NCBI GenBank assembly: GCA_051599415.1
Contig: AP039704.1
Coordinates: 62,001-126,000, forward strand
Source of the DNA: Savitreella phatthalungensis
Lineage: Eukaryota
Reading direction: 5' to 3'
DNA: 64,000 bases
In this document: piece after piece, positions 21,255-32,661 of the stretch
Position numbering within the stretch: position 1 is the stretch's first letter
How the letters are laid out: the number at the start of each line of letters is the position of its first letter
Program-made: the position numbers and the translations under genes
The notes under the pieces: generated by a model
Database searches by the model: none
What the model was told of the DNA's origin: nothing
Seen by the model: the letters and a program-made list of their open reading frames with translations, nothing else

Positions 21255-24203
21255 ATGAGAGCTGGCGGAATGAGTGCTGACGACGTTGCCATCTTCGAGA
21301 ACATCAAGGTGTCCCTGGATATACATGTGCCTCGCGGGCTGCATGAGAAGCTTGTGTCACGCGGTGCAATATGCTTGGGCGTGGAGGATGTGACGAGCTA
21401 CCTGGAGGACAATCAGCACACTTCTGCCGTTCACTTCATCACATCGACGTTCAACTCCCCGGCAAGCTTGCAGCTGAGGACGAGTGCTTCGCAGGCGGTC
21501 AAGCGCGTAATATGGGTACATCCAGACTGGGTCGAGCACTCCATCGTCCGAGGCAGACTACAGGGTCCCGAACGATTCTCTCCTGATCCGCGGATGTTCT
21601 TCACAGGTGTTTCAGTCACGTGCTCGGGCCTTCCTGTTGGTGACAAGGAGGCGATCTACGGTGGAGTGCTTGCTCGAGGCGGGAGGTACAGTGACTCGCT
21701 GACGCGCGGGACGACGCATGTAGTTGCGCTGTCGACAGAATCGGAAAAGTGCCGGACATCCCTGAGACTGCAGGAGGAGCACAAGGCGAAAGAGGCAAAG
21801 GACGTCGTCCAGATTGTTCTACCTCACTGGATTGATGACTGTCTGCAGGTCGGACGAAGACTTCCGAGCGAGCCATACAGGCTACCGAATCCGAGCATCG
21901 CAATGACGGGCTTTCCTGACCAGAATCTATCACATCGTCGCGCCACCGATGACTTCACCTATCTCTCAAGTAAGCGGACGAAGCTGAGCGATGTGGATGT
22001 CCAGAGTGTAAAACACGATCAGGTGTTCACGAATTACCGATTCCTCTTTGCCACAGACCTGGATCTCGAAACACGGATTATCGAATCGCTCAAAGGCATC
22101 GTCCAGGCTGCTGGCGGCTCTATCGCTAAAAGTTTCGAGGATGATGCAAACGTGTACATATGCCAGTATCGCGATGGCGCTGCGTACGAAGAAGCCGAGC
22201 GGCGGAAGCTGATTGTCGGCAATGTCGCGTGGACGCATTGGTGTGTTGCGAGAGGTCGTTTCTGCATGCCTCGGGACCACTTACTCCACTATCCGATCCC
22301 GAAGTATGGAGTGCCAGGGTTCGAAAACTTCCACATCACCCTGAGCAACTACACGGGTTCTGCACGCGTCTACCTCGAGCAGCTCGTCGTCGGTCTCGGA
22401 GCCAACTTCACGAGATCGATGAGCGACACTAACACACACCTCGTGACTGCGCTCGAGTACGGTGCCAAGTACGACAGGGCGGACGAGTTGGATGTCCAAG
22501 TTGTCAGCCATATCTGGCTGGAGGAGTGCTTTGCCAATTGGCGGCACGAGCCTGAGAGCAGGAAGAAATACACGACATGGCCGCGGGGAACGAATCTGAT
22601 GGACGTCGTCGGGACTGCTCAACTCGATCCGAAGGGGCTCGAGCGGTCGTTGCGCAACGGAGACGAAAAAGCAAACGAGCCTGACGCGGTCGCTCCCATT
22701 GCTGTGCCGGATTCAGAGGACGCCGGAAGTGACAGCACGGTCGATGCTGCTGAAGGATTCGTGCACGCTGCACCACTGGATACCGAGCTGCCACCAACCT
22801 CGGATGGACAAGGAGGTGACGTCGCAGTGCGTCAGCCCACAATCGAGCAGTCAGCCGCCGATGGAAGTCTGCCTGAGCTTGAGCAGGTTGTGGCCGGCAG
22901 GATTGAGCATCCTGAACCTGATGAGCTGACGATCGACCACGCCGAACCTGAAGCACCACAAATCACGCCTGCCGTCGCAACCGCCCAGACACAGACGCAG
23001 ACACAGCCAAGCCGCGGTCGACGGCGGTCGAGTGTAGCGAGTGCCAGCACAGCCGGTCGCGGCACATCTGTTCGCCGGAGCAGCCGTGCCACAAGCGCCT
23101 CCCGATCTGCCAGCCTCGCGAGCCGTGTCGGCAACGACAAAGACATAGATGCCGCAAGTGTCATCTCTGCGCGGAACCCCATAGGGACCCCTGCGACGCC
23201 ACAGGCTGGACAGCCGCAGACACCAGTGGCTGGCGGTCGTGGATCTACCGCTCGCAAGTCGAAATCGGTCGCATCAGCCAAGCTGAAGGAGAACATGGAC
23301 GATATGAACGCTTGGCAGAAGGAGTCAAAGCGTAAGAATCCCGGATTTCTGCCTGTGCGTGCAGCCACGGAGATCTCGCACACGCTCCAGGAGAGGAGGA
23401 AGCGCGATGTGGGCGTTGAAGTCGTGGTCAAGACGCCAGCTGGGAAACGGCGTAAATCTGGTGTGGATGGGGTGCGTGCATGTTTAACAAGCTGCAAGAC
23501 GCCTAGCCAGAAGATGGTGGATTCTCTGGGAAAGATCGGGATCGAGCTTGTCCCTGATATTCAGACTGCTACACATCTCGTTGCGCCTTGGGTCGCTCGG
23601 ACGATGAAGGTGCTTGTAGGGTTGGCGAAGGCTGATATGCAATTTGTCACGTACTCGTGGCTGGAGGCATGCAACAAGGCAGGCAAGATGCTCCCGGAGT
23701 CGGACTTCCAGTTGACGCTGCCGGACAAGGGTGCGCGGGAATCTGGGTGGCAATCGGCGTTCGTGATCGACGAGGTCCTCAGGCGCGCCAAGATCCACCA
23801 CGACGCAGGCGGGCTGTTCCACAACACCGTCGTCCTAGCCAGTGACGCTGTGGCCAAGGACAAGACGACCAAGTTCGGAGATGTTCGTGAGGTCATCGTT
23901 GCCAACGGTGGTGACCTCAAACCGTGTCCGAAGAAGCAGCTCGCAAAGCTCATCGCCGATGCCCTCACCCAGTCATCCACGACGCCCGATCAGGATCTCA
24001 CTCCACAGCAGCAGCAGCAGCAGCAGCAGATCATTTTCCTGCTCAAGGACAACAGTGACCCGCTCGCAGACGAGATCGAGCGTCACCTAGCTGAGCACCC
24101 GAAGGACGTCGTCGATCAGCAGGAGATCCTGAGCATCCGGACGCGCGAATGGCTGATGCAGAGCGTCATGCTTCAAGATCTTCTCGACGACGAGCTGTTG
24201 TAA
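21255..24203 (+). CDS. BRC1: Multi-BRCT DNA-damage scaffold (Brc1/Rtt107-like)
   Basis: FSPDPRMFFTGV...DKEAIYGGVLARGG, IVLPHWIDDCL, LLHYP, ITLSNYTGSARVYL, C-terminal BRCT pair. Confidence 0.85.
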   Translation: MRAGGMSADDVAIFENIKVSLDIHVPRGLHEKLVSRGAICLGVEDVTSYLEDNQHTSAVHFITSTFNSPASLQLRTSASQAVKRVIWVHPDWVEHSIVRGRLQGPERFSPDPRMFFTGVSVTCSGLPVGDKEAIYGGVLARGGRYSDSLTRGTTHVVALSTESEKCRTSLRLQEEHKAKEAKDVVQIVLPHWIDDCLQVGRRLPSEPYRLPNPSIAMTGFPDQNLSHRRATDDFTYLSSKRTKLSDVDVQSVKHDQVFTNYRFLFATDLDLETRIIESLKGIVQAAGGSIAKSFEDDANVYICQYRDGAAYEEAERRKLIVGNVAWTHWCVARGRFCMPRDHLLHYPIPKYGVPGFENFHITLSNYTGSARVYLEQLVVGLGANFTRSMSDTNTHLVTALEYGAKYDRADELDVQVVSHIWLEECFANWRHEPESRKKYTTWPRGTNLMDVVGTAQLDPKGLERSLRNGDEKANEPDAVAPIAVPDSEDAGSDSTVDAAEGFVHAAPLDTELPPTSDGQGGDVAVRQPTIEQSAADGSLPELEQVVAGRIEHPEPDELTIDHAEPEAPQITPAVATAQTQTQTQPSRGRRRSSVASASTAGRGTSVRRSSRATSASRSASLASRVGNDKDIDAASVISARNPIGTPATPQAGQPQTPVAGGRGSTARKSKSVASAKLKENMDDMNAWQKESKRKNPGFLPVRAATEISHTLQERRKRDVGVEVVVKTPAGKRRKSGVDGVRACLTSCKTPSQKMVDSLGKIGIELVPDIQTATHLVAPWVARTMKVLVGLAKADMQFVTYSWLEACNKAGKMLPESDFQLTLPDKGARESGWQSAFVIDEVLRRAKIHHDAGGLFHNTVVLASDAVAKDKTTKFGDVREVIVANGGDLKPCPKKQLAKLIADALTQSSTTPDQDLTPQQQQQQQQIIFLLKDNSDPLADEIERHLAEHPKDVVDQQEILSIRTREWLMQSVMLQDLLDDELL

Positions 24204-24599
24204 AGACCAGCAAAAGATAGAGACATCCTGAACCTCTGATCTAACACGGAAATTGATTGATGACGTTGTACTCTTTGCCAGAGCTTGTTAGAGACTGATT
24301 GTAGCGTTCATCGTGGACTGAACTGGACGATTGTAGACTGCTCTGCCTTTGTTCTGCCGTTGCTGTTGTGTAATTCTTGTGTGATGTGCATGTGATTGTG
24401 TATTTGATCAAAGTCTTTTGTGTGTGGGGGAGTTTGTGATTGGTCTGATTGAATCGGCTACGATGCCGAATTCTCGGTACATAGCACACCACCTCCGCAT
24501 GCAGTCGCCCTCTGAGGATCTCGAGGTGGGGGGAAGAAGAGGCCTTTCAGGAAGCCGGTCTGTGTTGAAACGACAGAGCATCACATCCTCACGCCCGTC

Positions 24600-25970
24600 A
24601 TGCACATCCAGTCGTTTGTGATCGATGCTGCTCACCCTCGCGTCCGTCCTCGGGCGACACGCCGACTGACAGATCGATTAAAGCTCTCCGGTGACTGTCT
24701 GTCCCTAGCCCCTCTCCCTTCTCTCTCCGACACGCGTCCGATCCCTCCGGACGTCTCTTCCGCCGCAGCGGCAGCGGCAGTATTCAACCTCGTCTTCCTA
24801 CATGGCAACGGCCTCCCCAAAGAACTCTACTACCCAACCCTGTCCCGCATCCTGGCCGCCGCAGGCACCTCATCCACCCACCCGCCTTCCCCGACCCGCT
24901 GCGTCCGCGCAATCTACGCCGTGGACGCGGCGACGCAAGGCAAATCATACGCGCTGAATCGCGACAAGCTTGGTGACGAGCCTGATTGGGGTGATTTGGG
25001 ACTGGATTTGGTGTGCTTGGTGGAGCGCTTCGGGCTGGCTCGTGTGAGTCGTGTGGTTGGGATTGGTCACTCGATGGGTGGTTGTGGCACGCTTCTTGGT
25101 GCGATCACGAGACCTGGCTTGTTTGCCGGTGTGATGGCGATCGACCCTGTCATCTACCCGTTCCTGCCGCTCGACATCCATGCGCTCACGCCGGAAGCCG
25201 CGCGAGCGAGAAAGGCACAGATCACAGCAGTCTCGTACATCGCAGAGCGAAGAAGAGCCTCCTGGCCTACCTACGACGCCGCAGTCGAGGCCGTTCGCAA
25301 GTCGGCCTTCTTCAGAGACTGGAACCCGGACGTGGTCGATCGGTGGATCGCTCACGGGATCGTGGAGGAGGATGGTGGTCAAGGTGGGTGGAAGCTGAGG
25401 ACGCCGCCTGCGGCTGAGGTGCTTGGGTTTCTGGGTGTGCCGATGGGGCTGCGTCCGCGTGTGAGGAGGCCTGTGACGTATTCGGATGGGGACCCCGCTG
25501 ACGCGCCCGCGGAGATCGACACGGTTGCTGAACGTGGTGAAACGCCTGGGACCCCACCTACCCACGTCCACTTCAACATGCACGACACCGCGACCATGGT
25601 CATGGATCACCTTGAGAACATAGCTCATCCTGTCGCCCTCCTGTACGGTCGTGAGTCGACGCCGCTGCCGACAGAGATGCAGTCCGTGTATACGGGTCGT
25701 GCGATCGCCCGTGGCAATCCGTGGGTGTATACGAAGGTGCTCGATGGCGGTCACCTGCTGCCGATGGAGAACCCAGCAGACGTGGCCAACCATTGCCTCA
25801 CCTGGCTCACCACCCACGTCGTCCCGGCGTATACCGCCCTCCAGCGTCACGCAGCATCGGACAGACCTACACTCGGGGATGAAGGTCTCGGTAGTCACGC
25901 AAAGAGGATGAGGGAAGAGGTGGAGAATCTTTGGCCGCTCACGTACGAGGTTGTCAAGGCAAGGCTCTGA
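24600..25970 (+). CDS. Alpha/beta hydrolase with peroxisomal PTS1 (Lpx1-like)
   Basis: LVFLHGNGLPKELY, GIGHSMGG nucleophile elbow, GGHLLPMENP, C-terminal ARL. Confidence 0.8.
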   Translation: MHIQSFVIDAAHPRVRPRATRRLTDRLKLSGDCLSLAPLPSLSDTRPIPPDVSSAAAAAAVFNLVFLHGNGLPKELYYPTLSRILAAAGTSSTHPPSPTRCVRAIYAVDAATQGKSYALNRDKLGDEPDWGDLGLDLVCLVERFGLARVSRVVGIGHSMGGCGTLLGAITRPGLFAGVMAIDPVIYPFLPLDIHALTPEAARARKAQITAVSYIAERRRASWPTYDAAVEAVRKSAFFRDWNPDVVDRWIAHGIVEEDGGQGGWKLRTPPAAEVLGFLGVPMGLRPRVRRPVTYSDGDPADAPAEIDTVAERGETPGTPPTHVHFNMHDTATMVMDHLENIAHPVALLYGRESTPLPTEMQSVYTGRAIARGNPWVYTKVLDGGHLLPMENPADVANHCLTWLTTHVVPAYTALQRHAASDRPTLGDEGLGSHAKRMREEVENLWPLTYEVVKARL

Positions 25971-26282
25971 AGGCAGTGTGGTAGAGGTAGACGTGGAGAT
26001 AGAAACGAAGAAGCTTTTATGACTGATTGATTGACTTGATAAAAATTCGCTGTACAGACGGAGGGATATGGAGAGAGAGGAGGGGAAGGACGGAGAGAGG
26101 TAGGTATTGAGGATTTAACTTGGACTGGAATACCCGAGAGTCGTCCAGATTTGCGAGACTCGTGTGGAGGGTGTGTGGTGTTTAGTTTGGATAGAATAAG
26201 TGAATTGAGACTGAGACTGCTTTGTGGCATAGGTACAAGAGACGATTTAGAGAGTTGGCATTTTCTTTCTCTCTTACTTCTT

Positions 26283-27245
26283 TCAGGTCGACGAAGCCAT
26301 GTAACGCTCCATCTCGCGCTTGTACTTCTCGTAGTCGACCTTGGCCTCCTCCATGTACTTGGTCTTGTCCTGCTCGGTCAGGGTCTTCCACTTGGCGCTC
26401 ACTGCCTTTGCGAGCTCGGTCACGGGCAGACCACGGAACTCTGGCGTCTCGCGCGACTCCATGAAGAACTTGATGTACGCCGACTGTGGCTTCTTTGGCG
26501 CACGTGGGTCCTTGATCTCACGCAGGTTCGCCATCGAGTTCTTGTTGAGGGTTCCGGCCTCCTTCTGCTCGCGACGGAGCTTCCGGCGGAGGGCGTTCTC
26601 CTCACGGATCTGACGAGGCGTCAGGGTGGAGACGAACTCGTCGTACGCCTGCTTGCGGTCGGCGAGGACGTTTGGCAGCTGAGCGAGGAGCTTGGCCTTG
26701 TCGTCCTCGGTCAGACCGCGGTAGGCGCGCCAGGCGTCCGCGAGCACAAACGTCTCGCCGGCAGCCTGCTTCTCCTTGGCGAACTGGGTGATGAAGAGGT
26801 TGGCGGCGGTGACCTTGCCCTTCTTTGGCTCCTTCATCGGCTTGGCCGGCTTCGCAGGCTTCTTCGGCGCCTTCTCAACCTTGGCGTGGTTGCTGTGGGA
26901 GGCGGCGTGTGCTGGTTGAGGGACCTGGGAGAGGTGGGAGAGGTCAGGACCGGTGTGGAGTCCGTGCTGGAGGTGCGGAGGAGCCTGGTGACCGTAGTGC
27001 TGCGGGTGGTGCTGCTGGTGGTGGGGTGGGACGTAGTGCTGGTGGTGCTGCGGGTGGTGCTGCTGGTGCTGCTGGTGGTGCATCGGGGGCGCGTACGGCG
27101 GCTGGTCGACGTAGTCGGCGTACGGGTTCGGGGTAGCGTGGAAGGCACGGTCCCACTGCGGGTTGAAGCCATAGGCGCCAGCGCCTGCCTGGAGAGCGCT
27201 GCCGACCTGTCCTGGCCTACCGTGGCCGACAAACGATCGGAGCAT
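26283..27245 (-). CDS. Tandem HMG-box protein, probably mitochondrial nucleoid (Abf2-like), with His/Gln-rich linker
   Basis: DPRAPKKPQSAYIKFF...KWKTLTEQDKTKY HMG box plus a degenerate first box; N-terminus MLRSFV...RAFHATP is presequence-like; strong GC3 bias; start uncertain. Confidence 0.75.
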   Translation of the reverse strand: MLRSFVGHGRPGQVGSALQAGAGAYGFNPQWDRAFHATPNPYADYVDQPPYAPPMHHQQHQQHHPQHHQHYVPPHHQQHHPQHYGHQAPPHLQHGLHTGPDLSHLSQVPQPAHAASHSNHAKVEKAPKKPAKPAKPMKEPKKGKVTAANLFITQFAKEKQAAGETFVLADAWRAYRGLTEDDKAKLLAQLPNVLADRKQAYDEFVSTLTPRQIREENALRRKLRREQKEAGTLNKNSMANLREIKDPRAPKKPQSAYIKFFMESRETPEFRGLPVTELAKAVSAKWKTLTEQDKTKYMEEAKVDYEKYKREMERYMASST

Positions 27246-27512
27246 CTCCGGGTGGCTGTTGTGCGGGTCGAAGAGATTCGGATCCAGGTTGGGCAACTTT
27301 TGTATCGATGAGCTAAGGTAAAGGTCTTGTAAGAAACCTTTGCCGCTCAATCAAGTGAAGACGTTAGAGGGAACGTTTGCCTTGCTGAAAAGGGTCGTTG
27401 GTGTGGAGTTCTTTGCGTGTTTCACGTAAAGAGTAAAAGGCCAGTTACGTCAAAGAGGCAACGTAGAGTTTGACGTGAATGCTTCAGATAGGCAAGTTGA
27501 AGTTTCCAAGTC

Positions 27513-27546
27513 AAGTGAAGTGAAGTGAAGTGAAGTGAAGTGAAGT
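27513..27546 (+). repeat. (AAGTG)6 pentamer repeat in the HMG gene upstream region
   Basis: Read directly. Confidence 0.9.
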
Positions 27547-29816
27547 AGAGCCGAGCTGAACTGAACTTGAACTGTACTGTACTGATGGTAGCCCGAGTAA
27601 ATTGAACTTGGAAGGGCAAGTATTGACTTTGACTTTGTTTTTGTGGAGGATTTTGGAGGATGTTACGCGTCTGAGGTAGAACGGCGTCAAAGGTCTTTGG
27701 ACACTATTGTGGAAACCTGGACAAACTGAACCAAACACGGACGGTGGAAGTGTGGGTGGATCCGGACGGGTGAGGATATCGCAAAGGGTTTCTGGGTAGT
27801 GTTGTTGGCTTGTTGAGCTGATGAGCTGAAGAGAGTTTCAGATGAAGCCTTTAGAAGGGACAAGGGGAGTGTGAAGTCTTCGAGAGTTGATAGAGGTTTG
27901 AGTAGTTTTGGGGGAGCTTCGGCTGAAGGTTTAGATTTCTAGCGTCCTGGGAAGGAGTAGATGGATGTTTTGGGTGTTGTGACTCTTGCAGGGTTATTGT
28001 TACACACAGAGAGACACACAGACACGGTCGCTCACGAGAGAGCGGTGCAGCGAGTGAACGGGCGTTGTGGTGTTTGGAGAGAAGACAGTAGAGTAGAAGG
28101 TAGGGTGTAGAGCAGAATTGGGCGGTGTAAGGCCTCGAGAGTACAGGGTAAAGGGTTTCTCGGTCGATGGATGAGGTGTCGTGAGTTTGGAGAAAGGGAA
28201 AGGGCGAGTGGATGGGTATTAGGAAGGAAGGAAGGAGGAAGGGAGGAAGGGTCTGGAAGGAAGCAAGGAAGGTAGAGAGAGAGTTGGCAGGGGTGCCTGT
28301 GTGACAGAGACAGTGCACCGACTGGAAAGTGACCCAGTAAGTGTGACTCGCAGGAGGGTGGATGAGCGTGGTGCGTGGTTGTCCTCGTTCGTTCGTTCCC
28401 TGGCTCACCTCTCTCGGCTAGCTGGCTTACTGACCCAACTGCACCGTCCAGCACTCACACAGGTGCTTGCTCCAGGCTCGAAGGGCAGTCACAGTCCAGG
28501 AAGTGAAAGGAGGTGTCGTAGCAGGAGGAAGAGCGATCGTTCGAGGGTGCGGACAACGGAGTAGTCATTCCCAAACTCTGGATTCTGACGGGCTGCAGTA
28601 TCGATTGAAAGAGGGGAAAGCTCAGACGAAAAATTCACCTGAAAGAGATTGGGATCGGCACTGATCGGGGAACATTTGCGAAAAGGTATCTAGATACCGT
28701 CAAACACATACAGACCATACATGCTGATCAAAGCAGCATGGAATCCACGCGTCATTTTCCACGTTGCCATAGCAACAATCGAGGTGAATAAAATAAAATT
28801 ATCTCTGGACATAAATACTCACAAAATAGAGACGGTACGTCCAAGGTATAATTCAGTGAGGGAGTGTAAACATCGGCTAAAACGTTTGAAAACACGTGAT
28901 GTTCAAATCTGTCTGTAACCCAACACACGTGTCATGTGTAAGAGCAGCAAGCACAGCCCCAGAGAGCTCAGCCTCGTCTGTGCTTCGAGCATGCTCACTA
29001 CAGAGGTATTCTCATCCGAGATGCCTGACAGCCTAGACTGGCTCACAGAGTCAGAGGTTCACAGAATCAGAGACACTTCATTGCAAGGCATGACGGTCGG
29101 TCGAGGTGATTAGTCTCTCTGCTCTTCTGCATCGGTACTCTGCATCGCTATGAACATTCGACAAGCTTTCCTCTCACGCGCTCTACCCTACCAGGTGGAG
29201 AGTGCATGTGGAGGCGCAGCCGTCCGACTCGACTCGCGTGCTCGTGTGCATGTCCGTGTGTGTGTGGATGTCTGTGTTTGTATGAGACGACTGATACACA
29301 TGGGGTCACATACTTACAGACAGCTAGGCGATCGAATGTGCCGTTTCATTGACTCGGACTGTATGAGTATGCACAAAGATCATCGTGTATCAATCGCTCA
29401 CACTTACACACCTGGAAGCATCCAGAATTAATCCATGCATTGCGTCTCTTCCTGACTCGCTCGCTTGCTCTATGAAGAATAAGGTGATCGGGGAGACTTT
29501 TCAACAGCACTGTTTGCACTGTCTCCACTGACGATCCTGTGTGTATGAATGTGTGTGTGTGTGTGTGGTTTCGGAAAAAGGAAAGCGCTATTTGGACCTC
29601 ACTTACCCGGAGCCAGATCGTTTAAACGGTTCTTGGCGATTGCGGCATTGAAGAATCCGTCTCGGCGAGGCTAGTCAGGTAGTCCGTTCCACAAAGAGTC
29701 CGGCACTCGGATGGTATCACGTCCGAGTCAACCGAGTACAACCCAAACGCCGACGCCTTTCCACCTGACCTGACCTGTCCTGACCTGACCTGCCGACACC
29801 GTCCTACTTCTCCCTC

Positions 29817-30185
29817 CTACTTTGTCACGCGGAGTGCAAAGTTGGTAATGACGGCAGCGAGGAGGAAGATGCAGAGCATTGTCGGTCCGAATCTGTCGTC
29901 GTACGGTCCTGAGCCTCTCTTTCTGATAGCGTTTGCGCGCCAGTGGTAGGTGACGAGTGCGTAGATCATGGTAGCCATGGCGACGAATGTGAATAGTCCA
30001 GCAGAGATCCTACCGACCCGGTCTCCAAAGTTGAGCAGGCCGACAGCGAGTCCGCCGAGGATGACGGTGAAGTTGAGCCAGGAGAGGAAGGTGCGCTCGT
30101 TCGCGAAGAATACCTTTGGCTCAACGCGCACAGGCAAGGCGATCCGCTTGCCAGGCGCAGACTGTAGCAGCGGCTGTGTAGACAT
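29817..30185 (-). CDS. VTC1: Vacuolar transporter chaperone 1 (polyphosphate synthesis complex)
   Basis: [37 protein letters not shown], three TM helices. Confidence 0.96.
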   Translation of the reverse strand: MSTQPLLQSAPGKRIALPVRVEPKVFFANERTFLSWLNFTVILGGLAVGLLNFGDRVGRISAGLFTFVAMATMIYALVTYHWRANAIRKRGSGPYDDRFGPTMLCIFLLAAVITNFALRVTK

Positions 30186-31459
30186 GGTTGTGGTGGTAAA
30201 ATGAGAAACCCTCTTGTCTTGTACGACCCTCTGACGTCTGTAGATTATCGACCCGGGTGATCGTTATCGATCAAGTTCGAGCGCTCTGTTACAGAAACTA
30301 GTGCTTCGACACACAGATGCTTCTCCCTCGATCGAGTGTTGCAGACGGTGTGATCGTTGCGCTGCCCATCATAGCTCCTGTCACCTGGCTAGCCTAGGCC
30401 AGTCAACCACTGGCTGAAAGGTGCTTGCTGGCCGTTGTGCAGGGTTCGGCCAATGAGGAAGGGCACGTGTCAAGGTGATTAACTTGAGCAGGGCTGGATC
30501 ACAAGATTTCAATACAAAATTCCCGAACGAGAAATATATACTTCAAAGTTAAATGAGAAGATTAGATTGATTGGATATCGCATACATAGGCGTTCATATG
30601 GTATTGAATAATTATAAGTCTATTCTTGATCCGATCAACGAATGCATGATTTTCAACATGGAAGAAATACATGTTCCGGCAATCAGTAATTAATCATGCA
30701 ACACATGAATGCATGTCTGTTTGGTCGGTCGTCATTGACATGGGATCGCTTCTGATCGCCTGGCAAGGCTGCCACTCTTTCGTGCATACCACTCACTCTC
30801 TTTTACATCCCCGGCAGTAGCCTGTACCCGTCCGCCCACAGTCCAAACACAGCGCCGTGTACACTCCATTCGCGAGGGCATACGCTTGAGGCGCCCAGAT
30901 CACAGCGACTGTGCTTCACAGCTGCCTTACGAAATACTACTACTATTACTTTCACGAGTGGTTTGCGCTGATCGTCCTTGTCTTCTTCTGCTGAACGTAC
31001 GAGAAAGTCAATGACACTGATACTGGCTCGGCGAATGTCAACACTCTCTAGATGGCTGGAGCAAGACTTGAAGCCATCAGATTGACTTGCTGCCTAGATT
31101 GTAGACGCTGATTCCGCCAGCTCGGACTACACTTACCTGCCCGACGAGCGTACTCCCATCCACCAATCCCATATTGCCAGTGAATTTAAATGATTCGGCG
31201 GTGCATTCACACTCTCTGTTCTTCGCCCAAGTACGTGCACGTGAATGTGGGGTGAACTTATTGGATCGTACGTACGTACATATCTACTCGAACAGATTCA
31301 TCCATCATACACCAGTCTGTGATTACATCCCACAGAACAGTAGCAACGGCCATACCTTGCCTCACGCGCCCTTCCTATCATCATTCTCAAAGCTAGCGTT
31401 CGTCAAACTTATCTATACGGCCACACGTACTGCGAACGAGCATCATATCGACTGCCACC

Positions 31460-32356
31460 ATGTCTGTTCGCGGTCCAGTCAAGGCTCCAACAGGAAGCTA
31501 TCCGAAGCTTTGGCGCTTGATTGATCAATACTTCCTCAAGGATGAGCACCCCGACAGAGATAATGTCTCGGCCCTCGAGCTCATCTGTGAGGTCAATGCG
31601 AAAGTCCTGGCGAACGACAAGTCCGTGAACGCACGCACCATCAGAGCAAGGGACATCTCCGTCGTTTTGAACACCGGTGCGGTCGAGGTCTTGGTCGAGT
31701 GTGGATGGAATTACCGCGTGCAGCGAATGGAAGAGAGCTATGTCCTGCCGTTCGATGCCGATCTCGCCGACTTGGCAGAGAAGCAGGCAAAGCTGGACGA
31801 GGCTCTTAATCGCGTTCGTGACAAGTTTGTCACCCAGGAGAAAGCCGTCAGACAGGCAAAAGCACAGCAGGACGCTGAACGACTGCGCATCATCAAACAG
31901 ATTGATGACGATAGGGCTGAACGACAATACAAGCAGGCCCTCAAATCCGGTATTCAAAATGCCCCTCGCACGGTCTCACTCGACGAGCAGCGCAAGCAGG
32001 CGATTCTTGAGCGAATGGAACGAGAGCGTCGGAAGAAAGAGCGGCTCGCCGCTGAGCAGCAGCAGCTTGGCTCCGAGACAGTAGTACCAGAGGAATCTAC
32101 CGAGCGGCATGAACCCATTCAACAGCATGCGCGGGTACCGGGCGCATTTCCTGCATCGATGACGCCGCTCGAACACCGCGTCTCTCCACACAACAGCCGG
32201 AGGCCGCAACGACAGAAGCCCAGACCGACGTACGAAGGAGGTAGTCATAGTCTAGGGGGACAGGCTCTCGACCCAGAAGAGGTGCACCATGATGCGCAGA
32301 CAGCAGACGAGGATGAGGGAGACTATCCACCGAGCGACGATTCATACGTCGACTGA
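31460..32356 (+). CDS. Putative PUB-domain-like protein with coiled coil (possible Cdc48 cofactor)
   Basis: ALELICEVNAKVLAN...RTIR...GAVEVLVECGW resembles PUB; RIIKQIDDDRAER resembles coiled coils of UBX-type proteins. Confidence 0.5.
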   Translation: MSVRGPVKAPTGSYPKLWRLIDQYFLKDEHPDRDNVSALELICEVNAKVLANDKSVNARTIRARDISVVLNTGAVEVLVECGWNYRVQRMEESYVLPFDADLADLAEKQAKLDEALNRVRDKFVTQEKAVRQAKAQQDAERLRIIKQIDDDRAERQYKQALKSGIQNAPRTVSLDEQRKQAILERMERERRKKERLAAEQQQLGSETVVPEESTERHEPIQQHARVPGAFPASMTPLEHRVSPHNSRRPQRQKPRPTYEGGSHSLGGQALDPEEVHHDAQTADEDEGDYPPSDDSYVD

Positions 32357-32661
32357 CGCGGACGCGGGGGTGCAGTATAGCATAAATAGCGATGAGCACG
32401 ACAACTCTATGAATGACTTGGACGACACCTCTGCTGCAGAGATACCTTGTATGATCCCTTGCTGAAGCGCAGACTAGGCCTGTCTCACATTGTGCTGTGA
32501 AGGCTACTCCGATATATCTCCGGTGGAAATGCATGTGCACCAACACACACGTGCCATAGCACAATGCACGAGCACATGCACATATGTCGACCAACTCGAT
32601 CTTCAAGACAATAATTGTCAAGGCTACAACGACCGCCTACTCTTGCGTATCTCTAGCACAC

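Noticed and set aside
26151..27311. 386-aa plus-strand ORF opposite the HMG gene, and similar long antisense ORFs over IPI1, SWA2, TPP2 and the hydrolase
   Set aside because: Antisense shadows caused by high GC3; no recognisable domains
30918..31014. F-box-like peptide QLPYEILLLLLSRV in an intergenic frame
   Set aside because: Short frame without a convincing start or downstream domain; the Leu run derives from a CTA microsatellite
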